Assembly (NCBI GenBank): GCA_963844035.1
Contig: CAWJMT010000001.1
Location: forward strand, 32,001 to 96,000
DNA: 64,000 nt
Reading direction: 5' to 3'
Origin: an uncultured Gemmatimonadales bacterium
GTDB lineage: Bacteria > Gemmatimonadota > Gemmatimonadetes > Gemmatimonadales > GWC2-71-9
Shown here: piece by piece, positions 29,826 through 40,837 of the stretch
How positions within the stretch are numbered: the stretch's first letter is position 1
Layout: the number at the start of each line of letters is the position of its first letter
Made by a program: the position numbers and the translations under genes
Notes under the pieces: generated by a model
Databases searched by the model: none
Seen by the model: only the letters and a program-made list of their open reading frames with translations
Told to the model about the DNA's origin: nothing

Positions 29826-31401
29826 ATGCGCGCAACCCTCATGGTCGCACTGGCGACGCTCGCTGGAGCCGGGAGTCTTCGGGCACAGCACGGCTCTGCT
29901 TACGAGTTCGGGTTCTTCGGCTCTTATACGCACTACGATCCTGCCTTCGGCTTGCCGGAACGATTTGGGGGTGGCATTCGATTCGGATATCTGTTCGGCG
30001 ACGTCGTGCAAGTTGAAGCTGACGTCGTGTTCCCATCCGAGTATACGGTGGGGAGCAGCAAGGTTGACCCGCTCATCGGCGGCGCCAGCCTCATCGTGAA
30101 TGTGCTCCACAGCCAGCGCAATATCCTCTACGTGTCGGCAGGTTACTCGCGGCTCGAGTTCGGCAACACCAATCCATATGAGTTCTCCGACAACGGAGCG
30201 CATGCCGCCGTGGGCGACCGCATTTTCTTCAGTCGCAACATGGCGCTGCGCCTGGAGGCACGCGGGATCTACACGCCGAACACGCAATCGAACTTCGGCA
30301 AGGAGTCGGTGACGCACTTCGTGGGCACGGTCGGCCTTTCGATCTTCGCGCCCAGCCGTAAGGCTGCTAAGGCGCCGCCGCCTGCGCCCGCACCCGCACC
30401 CGCTGCCGCACCGCTGCCGACGCCACCGCTGCTCATGATGGACTCCGATCAGGACGGCGTCCTGGAGAAGGACGACAGTCTGTCCCAACACGCCGCTCGG
30501 GGCCAAGGTGGACACGCGGGGCTGCTCGCTCGACGCCGATCGCGACGGGGTCCCCGACGGGATCGACCGCTGTCCCGACACGCCCAGCGGCGCGATCGTC
30601 GATGTCACCGGGTGCGCGGGCGATGCGGACCACGACGGCGTGGTGGAAGGCATCGACCGGTGCCCCAACACACCGGCGGGCGCCACGGTCGACGCCACGG
30701 GGTGTTCGGGCGATGCGGACCACGATGGCGTCTCGGATGGACTCGACAAATGCCCCGACACGCCGCCGGGGGCGCTGGTCGATGCAACGGGTTGCTCGAC
30801 GGATTCGGACGCGGACGGCGTGGGCGACGGCACCGATAAGTGCCCCAACACGCCCAAGGGCACGCCGGTGGACGGCGTGGGATGCCCCCACGGGCCTGAC
30901 TCCGACGGGGACGGCGTGTCCGACACCGCCGACAAGTGCCCGGGAACGCCGAAGGGCGTGCCGGTCGATGAGACCGGGTGCATGATCTTGTTCGAGCGGG
31001 CAGCGCCCGCTGTGGTCGTGCCGGGGGCGGCGGCGGTGGTCGCCGCTCGTCCCGCGCCGCGTGCGACCCTTGTCCTGAAGGGAGTGAATTTCCAGAGCGG
31101 CAAGTCGATCCTTACGCCGAGCTCGTACACGGTGCTCGATCAGGTTGCGGCGTCTTTGCGCGCGAATCCTGACATTCGAATCGAGATCGCCGGGTATACC
31201 GACAACACCGGCTCGGCCGCGATCAATGTGCGGTTGTCGCAGGAGCGTGCCGCCGCGGTACGCAGCTATCTCGCGCGCAAGGGTGTGCCCCCGACCCGCA
31301 CCATCGCGCGCGGGTACGGCCCGAGGAACCCGATCGCCGCAAACTCCACTTCGGCGGGTCGCGCGCAGAACCGGCGCGTCGAGCTCCACAAACTCCCGTA
31401 G
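29826..31401 (+). CDS. OmpA-family protein: beta-barrel + thrombospondin type 3 repeats + OmpA C-terminal domain (indel near 30478)
   Basis: Signal peptide; alternating beta strands; VNFQSGKS, IAGYTDNTG, NVRLSQERA, NRRVE. Confidence 0.92.
30441..30981 (+). repeat. Six coding tandem repeats of about 90 bp (DxDxDGV..D.CP.TP.G..VD..GC)
   Basis: Read directly in the translation; Ca-binding TSP3-type repeats. Confidence 0.9.
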
Positions 31402-31402
31402 C

Positions 31403-33792
31403 ATGCCTGCGTGGCGCCCTTGGCCCCGCTGCCTGCTCCTCCTGATCGCGGGGGGACTGTGCGGCGCACCCCTCGCCGCGCAGCGTCCCCCAAAGAAGGC
31501 GGCGCCCCCGAAACGGCGCCCCCGCGACGGCGACGCCTCCCGCTCCCCCTCCGATTCCCACGCCACGCTCAGTGCTCGGCTTCGAGCCGGGTGACGATCG
31601 CAAGCTCGCCGACTGGTCGCTCCTGGTGCGCTACTACCAGGCACTCGCGAAGGCGAGCGACCGGGTTGACTACCGCGAGCTGGGCAAGACCACTCTGGGG
31701 GCACCGTTCGTCGCGCTGGTGATCTCGAGCCCTCGAAACCTGCGGCAACTCGACACCTACCGGCGCCTGAACGCCGGGCTCGCCGACCCGCGGACCCTGC
31801 GCACCAGTGCGGACGGGACGCGTGCGTTGCGCGAGGGCAAGGCGGTCGTACTCATCACCTCCGGGATCCATTCCGACGAGGTGGGCGGCCACCTCACTCC
31901 GGCAGTGCTCGCCTACCGCCTCGCGACCGACACGAGCGCGGGGACACGCAGGATCCTCGACGATGTGATTCTCTTCTTGCTCCCGTCGCTCAATCCCGAC
32001 GGCGTGACGATCGTGTCGCGCTGGTATGAACGCACACTGGGCACGCCGGGCGAGGGGACCCGGCCGCCGGAGCTGTATCACCCCTACACGGGTCACGACA
32101 ACAATCGCGACTGGTACGCGTTCACCCAGGTCGAAACACAGTTGACGGTGGACTCGATCTACAACGTGTGGCATCCCCAGCTCGTGCTCGACCTGCACCA
32201 GCAGCTGAGTGACGGCTCACGGCTCTTCTTGCCGCCCTACCTGGATCCGATCGAGCCGAACGTCGATCCGCTGCTCGTGGACGGCGCCAACGCACTCGGC
32301 ACCGCAATCGCGTGGGAGCTCACCGGCCAGGGCAAAACCGGCATCGCGGTCAACGCCACCTTCGACGCGTGGACGCCCTCACGCGCCTTCGAACACTACC
32401 ACGGCGGCGTCCGCATCCTCGCCGAGGCAGCGGGGGCGAATCTGGCGACGCCGGTCGAGGTCCCCTTCGATGAGCTCGCCGCCCGCGCGCGCGGCTTCAA
32501 CCCGCGGGAGCGCTCCTGGAACTTCGCCGCGCCATGGCCCGGCGGCCGTTGGTCGCTGCGGGACATCGTCTCGTACCAGACCGACGCCGCGTATGCGCTG
32601 CTCGACAACGCCTCGCGCTACCGCGATCGCTGGCTCGCCAATTTTCTCGCGATAGGGTCGCGTGCCACGCGCGGGTGGAAGGGGTGGCCATATGCGTACG
32701 TGATCCCGCGACAGCGCCAGGACAGCATCGCGCTGGCGACAATGCTCGGCATCCTGCACCGCGGACAGGTCGATATCCGCACGACGCTGCAGCCGTTCAC
32801 GCTCGGCAGCCAGCGGTACGGTACCGGGACCTACGTGGTGGTCCTGCGACAGCCATACGCCGCGTTCGCGAAGGCGTTGCTCGAGCCTCAGCGCTACCCC
32901 GACCGCCGCGTCTATCCCGGTGGCCCACCGCAGCCGCCGTACGACGTCACGGCGCACACCCTGCCGATGCTCATGGGGGTCACCGTAGCGGTGGCCCAGG
33001 ACTCGTTGCGCAGCGCCGTTGTCGGGGCCGGTGGATCCGCCGCACGCGACTCCCGGATATCCCGGGTTCGGCGGGGCCGATGCGCCCCGAGTGGCCTTGT
33101 ACCGCTCGTACGTGGAATCAATGGACGAGGGCTGGACCCGTTGGGTGTTCGACACCTGGAAGATTCCTTACACGTCACTCGTGGACTCCGTCGTGCGAGC
33201 AGGCAAGCTGAAGGAAAAATTCGACGCGATCGTCCTTCCCGACCAGGCCGCGCGCGATCTGCTCGACGGCCTCCCGACCCACGTGTACCCCGCGCCGTAC
33301 GCCGGGGGGATCGGAAAGGACGGGGTTCGCGAGCTGCGCGAGTTCGTGGAGCAGGGCGGGACGCTCGTCGCGCTCAACAACGCCACCCGGTTCGCCGTCG
33401 AGCAGCTGCTCCTCCCGGTCCGCAACGTGCTCGAGGGCGTACCGGACGACGAGTTCTATGCCCCGGGCGGAATCTTCCGGCTCGAGCTCGACACCAGCCA
33501 TCCAGTGGCGCGCGGAATGCCTGAGCAGAGCGTGGCGTGGTTTGAAGACGGCCCGGCGTTCGACGTGCTGGACTCCACCGTGGTCAGGGTGATCGGCCGC
33601 TATCCGACGGACCCCGACAAGGTGCTCCGCTCAGGGTGGGTACTGAAACCCGCACGAGTGGCGGGACGGGCCGCCCTGCTCGAGGTGCACCTGGGCCAGG
33701 GGCGAGTGATCCTGTTCGGCTTCAGACCGCAGTATCGGGGTCAGAGCCTGGCCACATATCCGTTGTTGTTCAACAGCTTACAGCCGCATTGA
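31403..33792 (+). CDS. M14 zinc carboxypeptidase family protein with C-terminal GATase-like domain (indels near 31510-31570 and 33015)
   Basis: GIHSDE, LNPDG, GHDNNRD, LDLHQ, PYDVTAHTLP, MDEGWTRW, FGFRPQYR. Confidence 0.88.
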
Positions 33793-33862
33793 AGGCTCAC
33801 CGAAGGTTGGTGACGGGGGTCTCTTGCCCCTTTTCCGTCCGTCTCCTATCGTAGCCCCCCCT

Positions 33863-35134
33863 ATGCAGATGCTCCGGCAGGCGGGCGTCCTCTTGCTCTG
33901 GGCCGCGCTCTTCGTGAGTCGCGGCCTTTTTGCTCAGCGTGCCGACAGCGCGTTGCCCGTGGCCGCGCGCGCGGACGAAGCGCGCGTGATGTTGCGACCC
34001 ATGGAGTGGCGCTACGTCCAGCCGACGCTTCCGCTCCTCTTGCCGACGACGTCAGAGGTGAAGGCCCTGTACGTGAATGCGTGGGCGTTCAGCTCCCCCA
34101 AGCTGTGGCAGCTCGTTCGCCTCGCGGATCAGACCGAGGTCAACGCGTTCGTCATCGACGTCAAGGACGACACCGGGTGCCTGCTGTACGCGTCGGATGT
34201 ACCGGTCGCGACGGAGATCGGAGCAAGCCGCTGCGCCCACACACGGGACGCGCGGGCGCGGATCGACACCCTGCTCGCGCACGGCATCTACCCGATCGCC
34301 AGAATCGTCGTCGCGAAGGATCCACTGCTCGCGGAACGCAAGCCTGCGTGGTCCGTCCACCTCGCCGACGGCACGCTGTGGCGGGACCGGATCGGGAGCG
34401 CGTGGGTGGATGCGTACAACGCTGGCGTCTGGACCTACGCTGCTGACCTGGCGCGGGAAGCGCTCGGGATGGGGTTCGTGGAAGTGCAGTTTGACTACGT
34501 CCGGTTCCCCGACGAGCCGCGCGAACGCCTCGCAACCGCGATTTTCCCGGCGCGCCGTCGCGGTGATACGCCGCGGTCAGCGGTGCGGAGCCACATTCAG
34601 CTCGTCAAATCATTGGTCGGACCGCTCGGCGCACCGATCACGTTCGACATCTTCGGGCTCACGGCGTCAGCGACCGACGACATGGGGATCGGCCAGGTGT
34701 GGGAGGACTTCATCTCCGTGGCCGACGTCGTCCTACCCATGATCTACCCGAGTCACTACCAGCGGGGCGCGTATGGGTACGCCTGGCCGAACGGTCAGCC
34801 GTACAAGATCGTTCGGAAGGCACTCGAGGAAGCGATTGGGCGCACGCGCGGACCGCAGGCCGCCGAGATCCGGCCCTATCTCCAGGCGTTCACGCTCGGC
34901 CGGCGCCTGCCGCGTTATACGCCGTTCGAGATTCGTGAGCAGATTCGCGCAACCGAAGAGCTTGGCATCATGTCGTGGGTGCTGTGGAACCCGCGCAGTG
35001 TGTACCAACGGCAATCGCTGCGGCCGTACGAGACCGGCAGCCGAGGGGTCGGCGGAGATGGCAACCGGGACGGAGTGAGCGGCGCGGCGGTCAGGCGGGA
35101 ACGGCGTCGATCCTGCCGCTGTCCCACACGGTGA
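33863..35134 (+). CDS. Putative glycoside hydrolase (DUF4015-like); true end may be near 35078
   Basis: VKALY, NAFVIDVKDDTG, IARIVVAKD, EVQFDYVRFP, PMIYPSHY, RPYLQAF, LWNP. Confidence 0.8.
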   Translation: MQMLRQAGVLLLWAALFVSRGLFAQRADSALPVAARADEARVMLRPMEWRYVQPTLPLLLPTTSEVKALYVNAWAFSSPKLWQLVRLADQTEVNAFVIDVKDDTGCLLYASDVPVATEIGASRCAHTRDARARIDTLLAHGIYPIARIVVAKDPLLAERKPAWSVHLADGTLWRDRIGSAWVDAYNAGVWTYAADLAREALGMGFVEVQFDYVRFPDEPRERLATAIFPARRRGDTPRSAVRSHIQLVKSLVGPLGAPITFDIFGLTASATDDMGIGQVWEDFISVADVVLPMIYPSHYQRGAYGYAWPNGQPYKIVRKALEEAIGRTRGPQAAEIRPYLQAFTLGRRLPRYTPFEIREQIRATEELGIMSWVLWNPRSVYQRQSLRPYETGSRGVGGDGNRDGVSGAAVRRERRRSCRCPTR

Positions 35135-37115
35135 CGTAGCCGGCGATCGCAGATGCAGCGACGGTGTAGGGATTGCCGAGATAGAGTTGACCGGGTCCAG
35201 AGCGTCCGGGGAAGTTGCGATTGATCGCGCTGATCGTCACTTCCTCCCGAGTCGTAGAGACGCCGGGACCCGCGTTGATGCAGGCACCGCAGGATGGCTC
35301 GAGAAACGTCGCGCCCACCTCCCGAAACAGATCCAGGTATCCCCGCTCCTCGCAGTAGCGCTTCACGTCTTGAGACCCGCACTGGATGTAGAACCGCACC
35401 CAGGGCGCCACACGCGCGCCCCGCGCCGCCGCCTCGCGCAGCACCTCGGCGTACATGTCCATGTCCTCTCGTTTGCCGGCGGTGCACGAGCCGGCGTACG
35501 CGATGTCCACACGGATCGGCCCGGCGGCGTCCTCGACCGCGATCCCGTTTCCGGGATCTCCCGGGAGAGCGAGCATCGGGCGAACGCTCGCGGCGTCGAT
35601 TTCGATGACCGTGCTGTACTGCGCGTCGGGGTCACTCGTCCAGCCTGCGCAGGATGCTTCAGCTAACTCACGGGGCATACCTCGGGCGGCGACCAGATAC
35701 TCCACCGTCCGCTGGTCGGGTGCGACGTACCCGCTGAACCCCCCAACTTCAGCGGTCATGTTGGTCATCGTGGCTCGCTCATCGACGGACAGCATTGCGA
35801 CAGCATCGCCACAGTATTCGATCAGCTTGCCGATGGCGCGGCCACTTTTCACGTACGGATGGCGCAGGATCTCGAGCATGAAGTCCTTGGCCGTGACGTT
35901 GGCGGGCTTGGATCCGCGAATCACCACCTTCACCGTTTCCGGAACGGTGAGGCGCACGTCTTTTGTGATCCAGGAGTTGAAGATCGCGGTCGTCCCGACG
36001 CCGAACGCCACGCAGCCTAGCGCCCCGGCGTGGGGTGTATGCGAGTCGCTGCCGATGATCACCTGACCCGGCTGGGCATGCGCCTCGAGAATTTTGGAAT
36101 GACAGATCGCCTCGGCGCCGTGCCGCCGGGAGCGCAGCTCGCCGTACAGCTTGATCCCCTGCCGCTCGGCAAAGGTCCGCTGCTTCTTTTCGAGCTCGAG
36201 CGCGATGTCCAGCAAGCCCTCCTTCACGCGCTCCGGCGTCATCGCCTCCGGGAGGAAGGTGAGGTGATCGCGGAACATGAGGATCGAGTCCGGGTCGGCC
36301 ACACGCGCGTCCGGCCCCACGAGCTGCTCGAAGAAGATCGCCGCCATCGGCGTCACGTACTCGTGACTGAATCGGATGTCGGTCAGGACAAAGCCTTCGT
36401 CCCCGGGCCGCACTGCGGGGACACCGAACGCCCCTGCCGCCGGATCCGCCACCCAGTGCCGCGCCAGAATCTTCTCCCCCAGGGTCATCGGTCGCGGCGG
36501 TGTGCCAGGGAGCGACACGGTGGTCAGACCCTGAAGTCGGGCCACGTTGTAGTTGAACAGGCCGCCGTACTCGACGATGCCGCGCGTGATCTCGCCCTCG
36601 CCCCGCGTGAACACCGCCAGCGGAATTTCCTCGTGACGCCGTACACGCTCGAGGATGGAGAAATCCGTCGTGGTGAGGATGCCGAGGTTCTGACAGTTTT
36701 CGCGATAGATGCGCTCGAGGTTTTCGGCGATGACGAGCCGGATGCCGGCGCACTGCTCCGCGTAGGGGGATTGCTCGCGGGACGACCCCTTGCCGCGTCG
36801 CTTCCCGCTGACCGAAACAGCGAAACCGCCGCGACGCACGCTGCCGCGGCCGATCGGGAACTGATCGCGACACTTGAGGCCGATGTAGGGAAACTCGCCC
36901 AGCGTCTCGTCGTAGTAGTAGCAGACGTAGGCGGGCGTGATCTCGTCGGTGGAGATGTCGTCGCGCAGCTTGGCGGCGGCCGTCCACTCGAGGTCTTGGC
37001 CGTCGAGTTGGCGCCGCACCAGGTCGGGATCTTCGGTCAGGAACAGGACTCGGCCGGCGAAGCGCACACGATCCGGCCGCTTGTGCACCGCTCGGGAGCG
37101 CAACACGTCGAGCAT
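35091..37115 (-). CDS. Aconitase/isopropylmalate-dehydratase family enzyme, N-terminal swivel (LeuD-like) domain fused to LeuC-like domains
   Basis: DDISTDEITP and GKGSSRE (swivel); GSDSHT, NMTAEVG, GSCTAG, SCGAC (Fe-S cysteines), NRNFPGR. Confidence 0.88.
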   Translation of the reverse strand: MLDVLRSRAVHKRPDRVRFAGRVLFLTEDPDLVRRQLDGQDLEWTAAAKLRDDISTDEITPAYVCYYYDETLGEFPYIGLKCRDQFPIGRGSVRRGGFAVSVSGKRRGKGSSREQSPYAEQCAGIRLVIAENLERIYRENCQNLGILTTTDFSILERVRRHEEIPLAVFTRGEGEITRGIVEYGGLFNYNVARLQGLTTVSLPGTPPRPMTLGEKILARHWVADPAAGAFGVPAVRPGDEGFVLTDIRFSHEYVTPMAAIFFEQLVGPDARVADPDSILMFRDHLTFLPEAMTPERVKEGLLDIALELEKKQRTFAERQGIKLYGELRSRRHGAEAICHSKILEAHAQPGQVIIGSDSHTPHAGALGCVAFGVGTTAIFNSWITKDVRLTVPETVKVVIRGSKPANVTAKDFMLEILRHPYVKSGRAIGKLIEYCGDAVAMLSVDERATMTNMTAEVGGFSGYVAPDQRTVEYLVAARGMPRELAEASCAGWTSDPDAQYSTVIEIDAASVRPMLALPGDPGNGIAVEDAAGPIRVDIAYAGSCTAGKREDMDMYAEVLREAAARGARVAPWVRFYIQCGSQDVKRYCEERGYLDLFREVGATFLEPSCGACINAGPGVSTTREEVTISAINRNFPGRSGPGQLYLGNPYTVAASAIAGYVTVWDSGRIDAVPA

Positions 37116-37170
37116 GGGCGAAAGATGACCCCTTGCTGAAGCGCGAGCAAGCCGATTTTCTTGTGGGGCA

Positions 37171-38841
37171 ATGACGAGACTGCGCGCAACGAATGAACGA
37201 CGCTGGATGCCGATCGCGTCCTGGCTGCTCGCGGCGACGCTCGTGGTCGCGTGCGCGCCACACCCGCCGTCACCCGCTCCGACCGCGCCGGCCCCCGCGG
37301 CGATGCTGCCCGCAGTGAACACGGGCGCGATGGACGCGCACCTCAAGTATCTCGCCGACGACTTGCTCGAAGGACGCGCGCCGGCCACCCGCGGCGGCGA
37401 GCTCGCGGCCCGCTACATCGCGGCGCAGTTCGAGGCCAGCGGGTTGCGTCCGGCCGGACCGGACGGCTCGTACTACCAGCCCGTCACGTTGATCGGGATG
37501 ATGGCGCAACCGACGTTCGCCTGGGGCGTGGGTAAGGCGAGCGAGACGCTGCGATACCGCGACGACTTCGTCGCGTGGGCGGGGCGTGCCGATCCGCACG
37601 TCGCCGCGGACGGCGACGTCGTGTTCGTCGGGTACGGCGTGCGCGCCCCCGAGTGGAACTGGGATGACTACAAGGGCACCGACGTCCGCGGGAAGGTGCT
37701 GCTCATGCTCGTGAACGACCCGGGACTGGAGGACACGAGTGTGTTCCACGGCCGGGGGCTCACGTACTACGGCCGCTGGACCTACAAGCTGGAAGAGGCC
37801 GCGCGACGTGGCGCTGTGGGCGTGGTGCTCATCCACACGACCCGCAGCGCGACCTACCCGTGGGAGGTCGTGCGGGGCTCGTGGTCGGTTGAGCAGTTTA
37901 CGCTGGACGGTCCCACCACTCCGCAGCTCGCATTCGCGTCGTGGGTCACGAGCGCCGCGGCTGCACGCGCCCTGGGTACGGCAGGGTGGAACCTCGATTC
38001 GCTTACACGCGCCGCAGCACGCCGCGATTTCACGCCGCTCGCTACGCGTCTGCACATCGCGGTGACGGTCACGAGTGCGGTGCGGCGCGTTCATTCCGCC
38101 AACGTGGTCGCGAAGGTCGAGGGCAGCGACTCGGGCGTGGCCGGCGACGTCGTCCTGGTCACCGCCCACTACGACCACAAGGGCATCGGACCCGCGAGCG
38201 AGGGAGATTCGATCTACAACGGCGCCGAAGACAACGCCTCGGGCGTCGCAGCGATGCTGGCCGCGGCACAGGCGATCGCGCACCTGAGCCCCCCTCCCAA
38301 GCGCAGCGTGTTGTTCATCGCCACCACGGCTGAGGAGTCGGGCCTGTTGGGGAGCGAATCGTACGTGCGCGCTCCGATCGTGCCGCTCGCCCGAACAGCC
38401 GCCGTGGTGAACATCGACGGCGCAAACGTGCGCGGATTGACGCGCGATATCGCCGCGCTGGGCGCGGACCGCTCTGATTTGGGCAGCGTGTTCGCCGCTG
38501 CCGCCGCGGCGGAGGCGCTCAAGGCCACCGGCGACCCCGATCCATCCAAAGGCTCATTTTTTCGCTCCGACCACTTTCCTTTTGCTCGCGCCGGCGTGCC
38601 CTCCATCTCGATCGAGTCGGGAGTCGATTTCGTGGGACGCCCGGCGGGTTGGGGAGAGCAGCAGGCGCGCCGCTTCAACGAAGAGCGCTATCACCGGCCA
38701 AGTGATCAATACGATCCGACGTTCACGTACGAGGGGATGGCACAGCAGGTCCGTGTGCTGATGCGAATCGCGCTCGCGGTAGCGAACGCCGCGGACACTC
38801 CACGCTGGCTGCCCACGGCCGAGTTTCAACGGTCTCGCTAG
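37171..38841 (+). CDS. M28 family peptidase lipoprotein with PA domain
   Basis: LVVAC lipobox; LEGRAP; AHYDH; GAEDNASG; AEESGL; RSDH; YH. Confidence 0.92.
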   Translation: MTRLRATNERRWMPIASWLLAATLVVACAPHPPSPAPTAPAPAAMLPAVNTGAMDAHLKYLADDLLEGRAPATRGGELAARYIAAQFEASGLRPAGPDGSYYQPVTLIGMMAQPTFAWGVGKASETLRYRDDFVAWAGRADPHVAADGDVVFVGYGVRAPEWNWDDYKGTDVRGKVLLMLVNDPGLEDTSVFHGRGLTYYGRWTYKLEEAARRGAVGVVLIHTTRSATYPWEVVRGSWSVEQFTLDGPTTPQLAFASWVTSAAAARALGTAGWNLDSLTRAAARRDFTPLATRLHIAVTVTSAVRRVHSANVVAKVEGSDSGVAGDVVLVTAHYDHKGIGPASEGDSIYNGAEDNASGVAAMLAAAQAIAHLSPPPKRSVLFIATTAEESGLLGSESYVRAPIVPLARTAAVVNIDGANVRGLTRDIAALGADRSDLGSVFAAAAAAEALKATGDPDPSKGSFFRSDHFPFARAGVPSISIESGVDFVGRPAGWGEQQARRFNEERYHRPSDQYDPTFTYEGMAQQVRVLMRIALAVANAADTPRWLPTAEFQRSR

Positions 38842-39058
38842 GCCATCGGCCACCTGCTGTGCAAATATCTGCAGTCAGCGCCCACGTCCTAACTCGCTGT
38901 CGGGAAATGTGATAGGCGCCTCCGTCTTTGTAGCGATTGCCTCGCCGGGCTGTCAAAGGTAACTTAGCGCCCGTTTTCCCCTGCCAGTTTGCAGTGCCCC
39001 CGATAGCGGAGCTTGGCACCTGGAACTCCCGACATCGCACCGGCTGCCTTGGGCCTGG

Positions 39059-40129
39059 TTGCAAGAGGCCGCAAGCCCGCCGATCCAGTACCGAGCGTAT
39101 GCGGAAGTTGTCCCGGAGGGCCAGAGGGACCCCGCCCAGCTCGAGGCGCTCCGTGCCGCCGTGATCAGCTACAAGCCCAGCCTTGCTGTGGCGCGACGGC
39201 AAAAGGACACGGGGCTGTGGGGGGGCAACCTGCTTGCCCCCGGTCCGATCAAGGCGCTGGGGATCGCCGAGGCAGGAACGGTTTTTCAATACCTCAGGCT
39301 GATCGAGCACGGGTTGCCCGCCGATCAGCGTCCGTTCCGTCTTGCCGACCGCCTGCTGTTTCGGCTGCTGTCGCGCGACGAGGATCCGAGCTTGCTGGTG
39401 GAATATCATCGGGCCGCCAAGGGCGATCCCGGACTCGCGTTGTGGGCCCGTTCCATGAGTCGTCAGGCGGCGACCGCGGCGTTGGCTCGTGCCGGAAGCC
39501 ACGCCGAGGATCCCAGGCTGCGTGGAGCGGGACATAAGATCGCGAGCGACATCTCCCAGTACTTACGCAGCGAAATCGCCACCAAGCCGTTCAAGAAGGC
39601 CCAGGGGAAGACGGTGCTCGAGCCCGCCGCGTATCCGCCAACCATTTTTGCGGTGGAGATGCTTGCCTTTCTGCCGGCCGTGCAACGGGAGCGCTCAGGC
39701 TTCATCGAGCGCCTGGGGCAATACTTTGCGACGCCGGCGCCCCGTCGGGCGTTCTTCATTCAAGCAGGCACCAAGCTGCTCAAGCCGATGTTCGAGCTGC
39801 TCGGCGACCCGCTGCGCGCCGACGCGCAGGGCCGGGTGACCGACGTGCCGTTCGCGCTGTATTGGCTCGAGTTGCTGGCCCGCCTCGGGCTCGTCCGGCA
39901 GCTGCCGAGCGCGAACCGGACTCTCGCCCGCCTGTTCCATGAGTGTGACGACCAAGGGGTGTGGTCTCCCCGAAACCTTCGGACGATGCCCAAATCGTCG
40001 AATCCGCTGACGACGCACTTTTTCCCGCTCGAGGGCCCCGGAAAGAGCCCAGCGCAACGGCAGACGGACGCTACGTTCCGGCTCGGGCTGATCGCCCGGA
40101 TCATGGGCATCCCGATCGAGGTGGTTTAG
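39059..40129 (+). CDS. Conserved hypothetical alpha-helical protein (start probably near 38994 across an indel)
   Basis: 356-aa open frame with natural composition; QKDTGLW and DDQGVW repeats are weakly reminiscent of alpha-alpha toroids. Confidence 0.6.
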   Translation: MQEAASPPIQYRAYAEVVPEGQRDPAQLEALRAAVISYKPSLAVARRQKDTGLWGGNLLAPGPIKALGIAEAGTVFQYLRLIEHGLPADQRPFRLADRLLFRLLSRDEDPSLLVEYHRAAKGDPGLALWARSMSRQAATAALARAGSHAEDPRLRGAGHKIASDISQYLRSEIATKPFKKAQGKTVLEPAAYPPTIFAVEMLAFLPAVQRERSGFIERLGQYFATPAPRRAFFIQAGTKLLKPMFELLGDPLRADAQGRVTDVPFALYWLELLARLGLVRQLPSANRTLARLFHECDDQGVWSPRNLRTMPKSSNPLTTHFFPLEGPGKSPAQRQTDATFRLGLIARIMGIPIEVV

Positions 40130-40147
40130 CTAGCATCGGCATTCCAA

Positions 40148-40171
40148 GAGTAGTAGTATTAGCTACTACTC
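40148..40171 (+). promoter_or_regulatory. Perfect inverted repeat GAGTAGTAG-tattag-CTACTACTC abutting the TrmB ATG (putative operator)
   Basis: 9-bp arms, 6-nt spacer, AT-rich island in a GC-rich background. Confidence 0.7.
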
Positions 40172-40837
40172 ATGATCACACCTGATCTCACCCCGTTCGG
40201 CTTCACGCAAACCGAGTCGCGGCTGTACGCAACCCTGCTTCATCTTGGGCCTGCCACCGGCTATGCGGTGGCCCGCACGGCGCAGCTCGCTCGTGCAAAC
40301 GCGTACGGCGCTCTCGAGGGACTGGTTGCCCGCGGCGGAGCGACCAAGACCCCCGGCCGTCCGGCCCGCTATCGCCCCGCCGACCCGGCGTCCCTCCTGG
40401 CCCGGCTTGCAGCGGAGCAGGGCGAGGCCATTGAGCGCTTGAGCCGCGCGCTCCAGGACGTGCGGCGTCCGAGCGAGCCGGAAACCCGGTCCGTGGATGG
40501 TGGGAGGCCGCTCGCCAACGTGGTGCTGCAGGCGGTCGCCCGGGCGGAGCGTCGCGTAGAGGGCGTGGTCGCAGCGGCGCTGTTTCGCGCCACCTTGCCG
40601 GCTTGGCGTCGCGCCGTAGAGCGGACGACACTGGAGCTTAGGATCGCCGGTGCCGTGCCACCTGAGGCCGCAACCTTTCCAGTCGCGACGGCTCCGGAGG
40701 GCTTCCCAACCCTGCTCCTGATCGACGACCAGCAGACGATCGCCGCAACCGGCGACGACGCCGAGCACCTCGGCATATGGAGCTCGCATCCCGCCGTCGC
40801 AGCCATCGCCCGCGCCGCACTCAGCAGCCTTTCATGA
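40172..40837 (+). CDS. TrmB-family transcriptional regulator
   Basis: FGFTQTESRLYATLLHLGPATGYAVAR...RANAYGALEGLV..G...PARY. Confidence 0.88.
   Translation: MITPDLTPFGFTQTESRLYATLLHLGPATGYAVARTAQLARANAYGALEGLVARGGATKTPGRPARYRPADPASLLARLAAEQGEAIERLSRALQDVRRPSEPETRSVDGGRPLANVVLQAVARAERRVEGVVAAALFRATLPAWRRAVERTTLELRIAGAVPPEAATFPVATAPEGFPTLLLIDDQQTIAATGDDAEHLGIWSSHPAVAAIARAALSSLS

Noticed and set aside
30441..30981. Periodic ~90-bp repeats as a CRISPR array
   Set aside because: Degenerate, protein-coding TSP3 repeats inside ompA; no identical repeats with unique spacers and no cas genes.
38842..38995. AT-richer intergenic region as an ncRNA
   Set aside because: No convincing stems or known RNA signature; more simply a promoter region.
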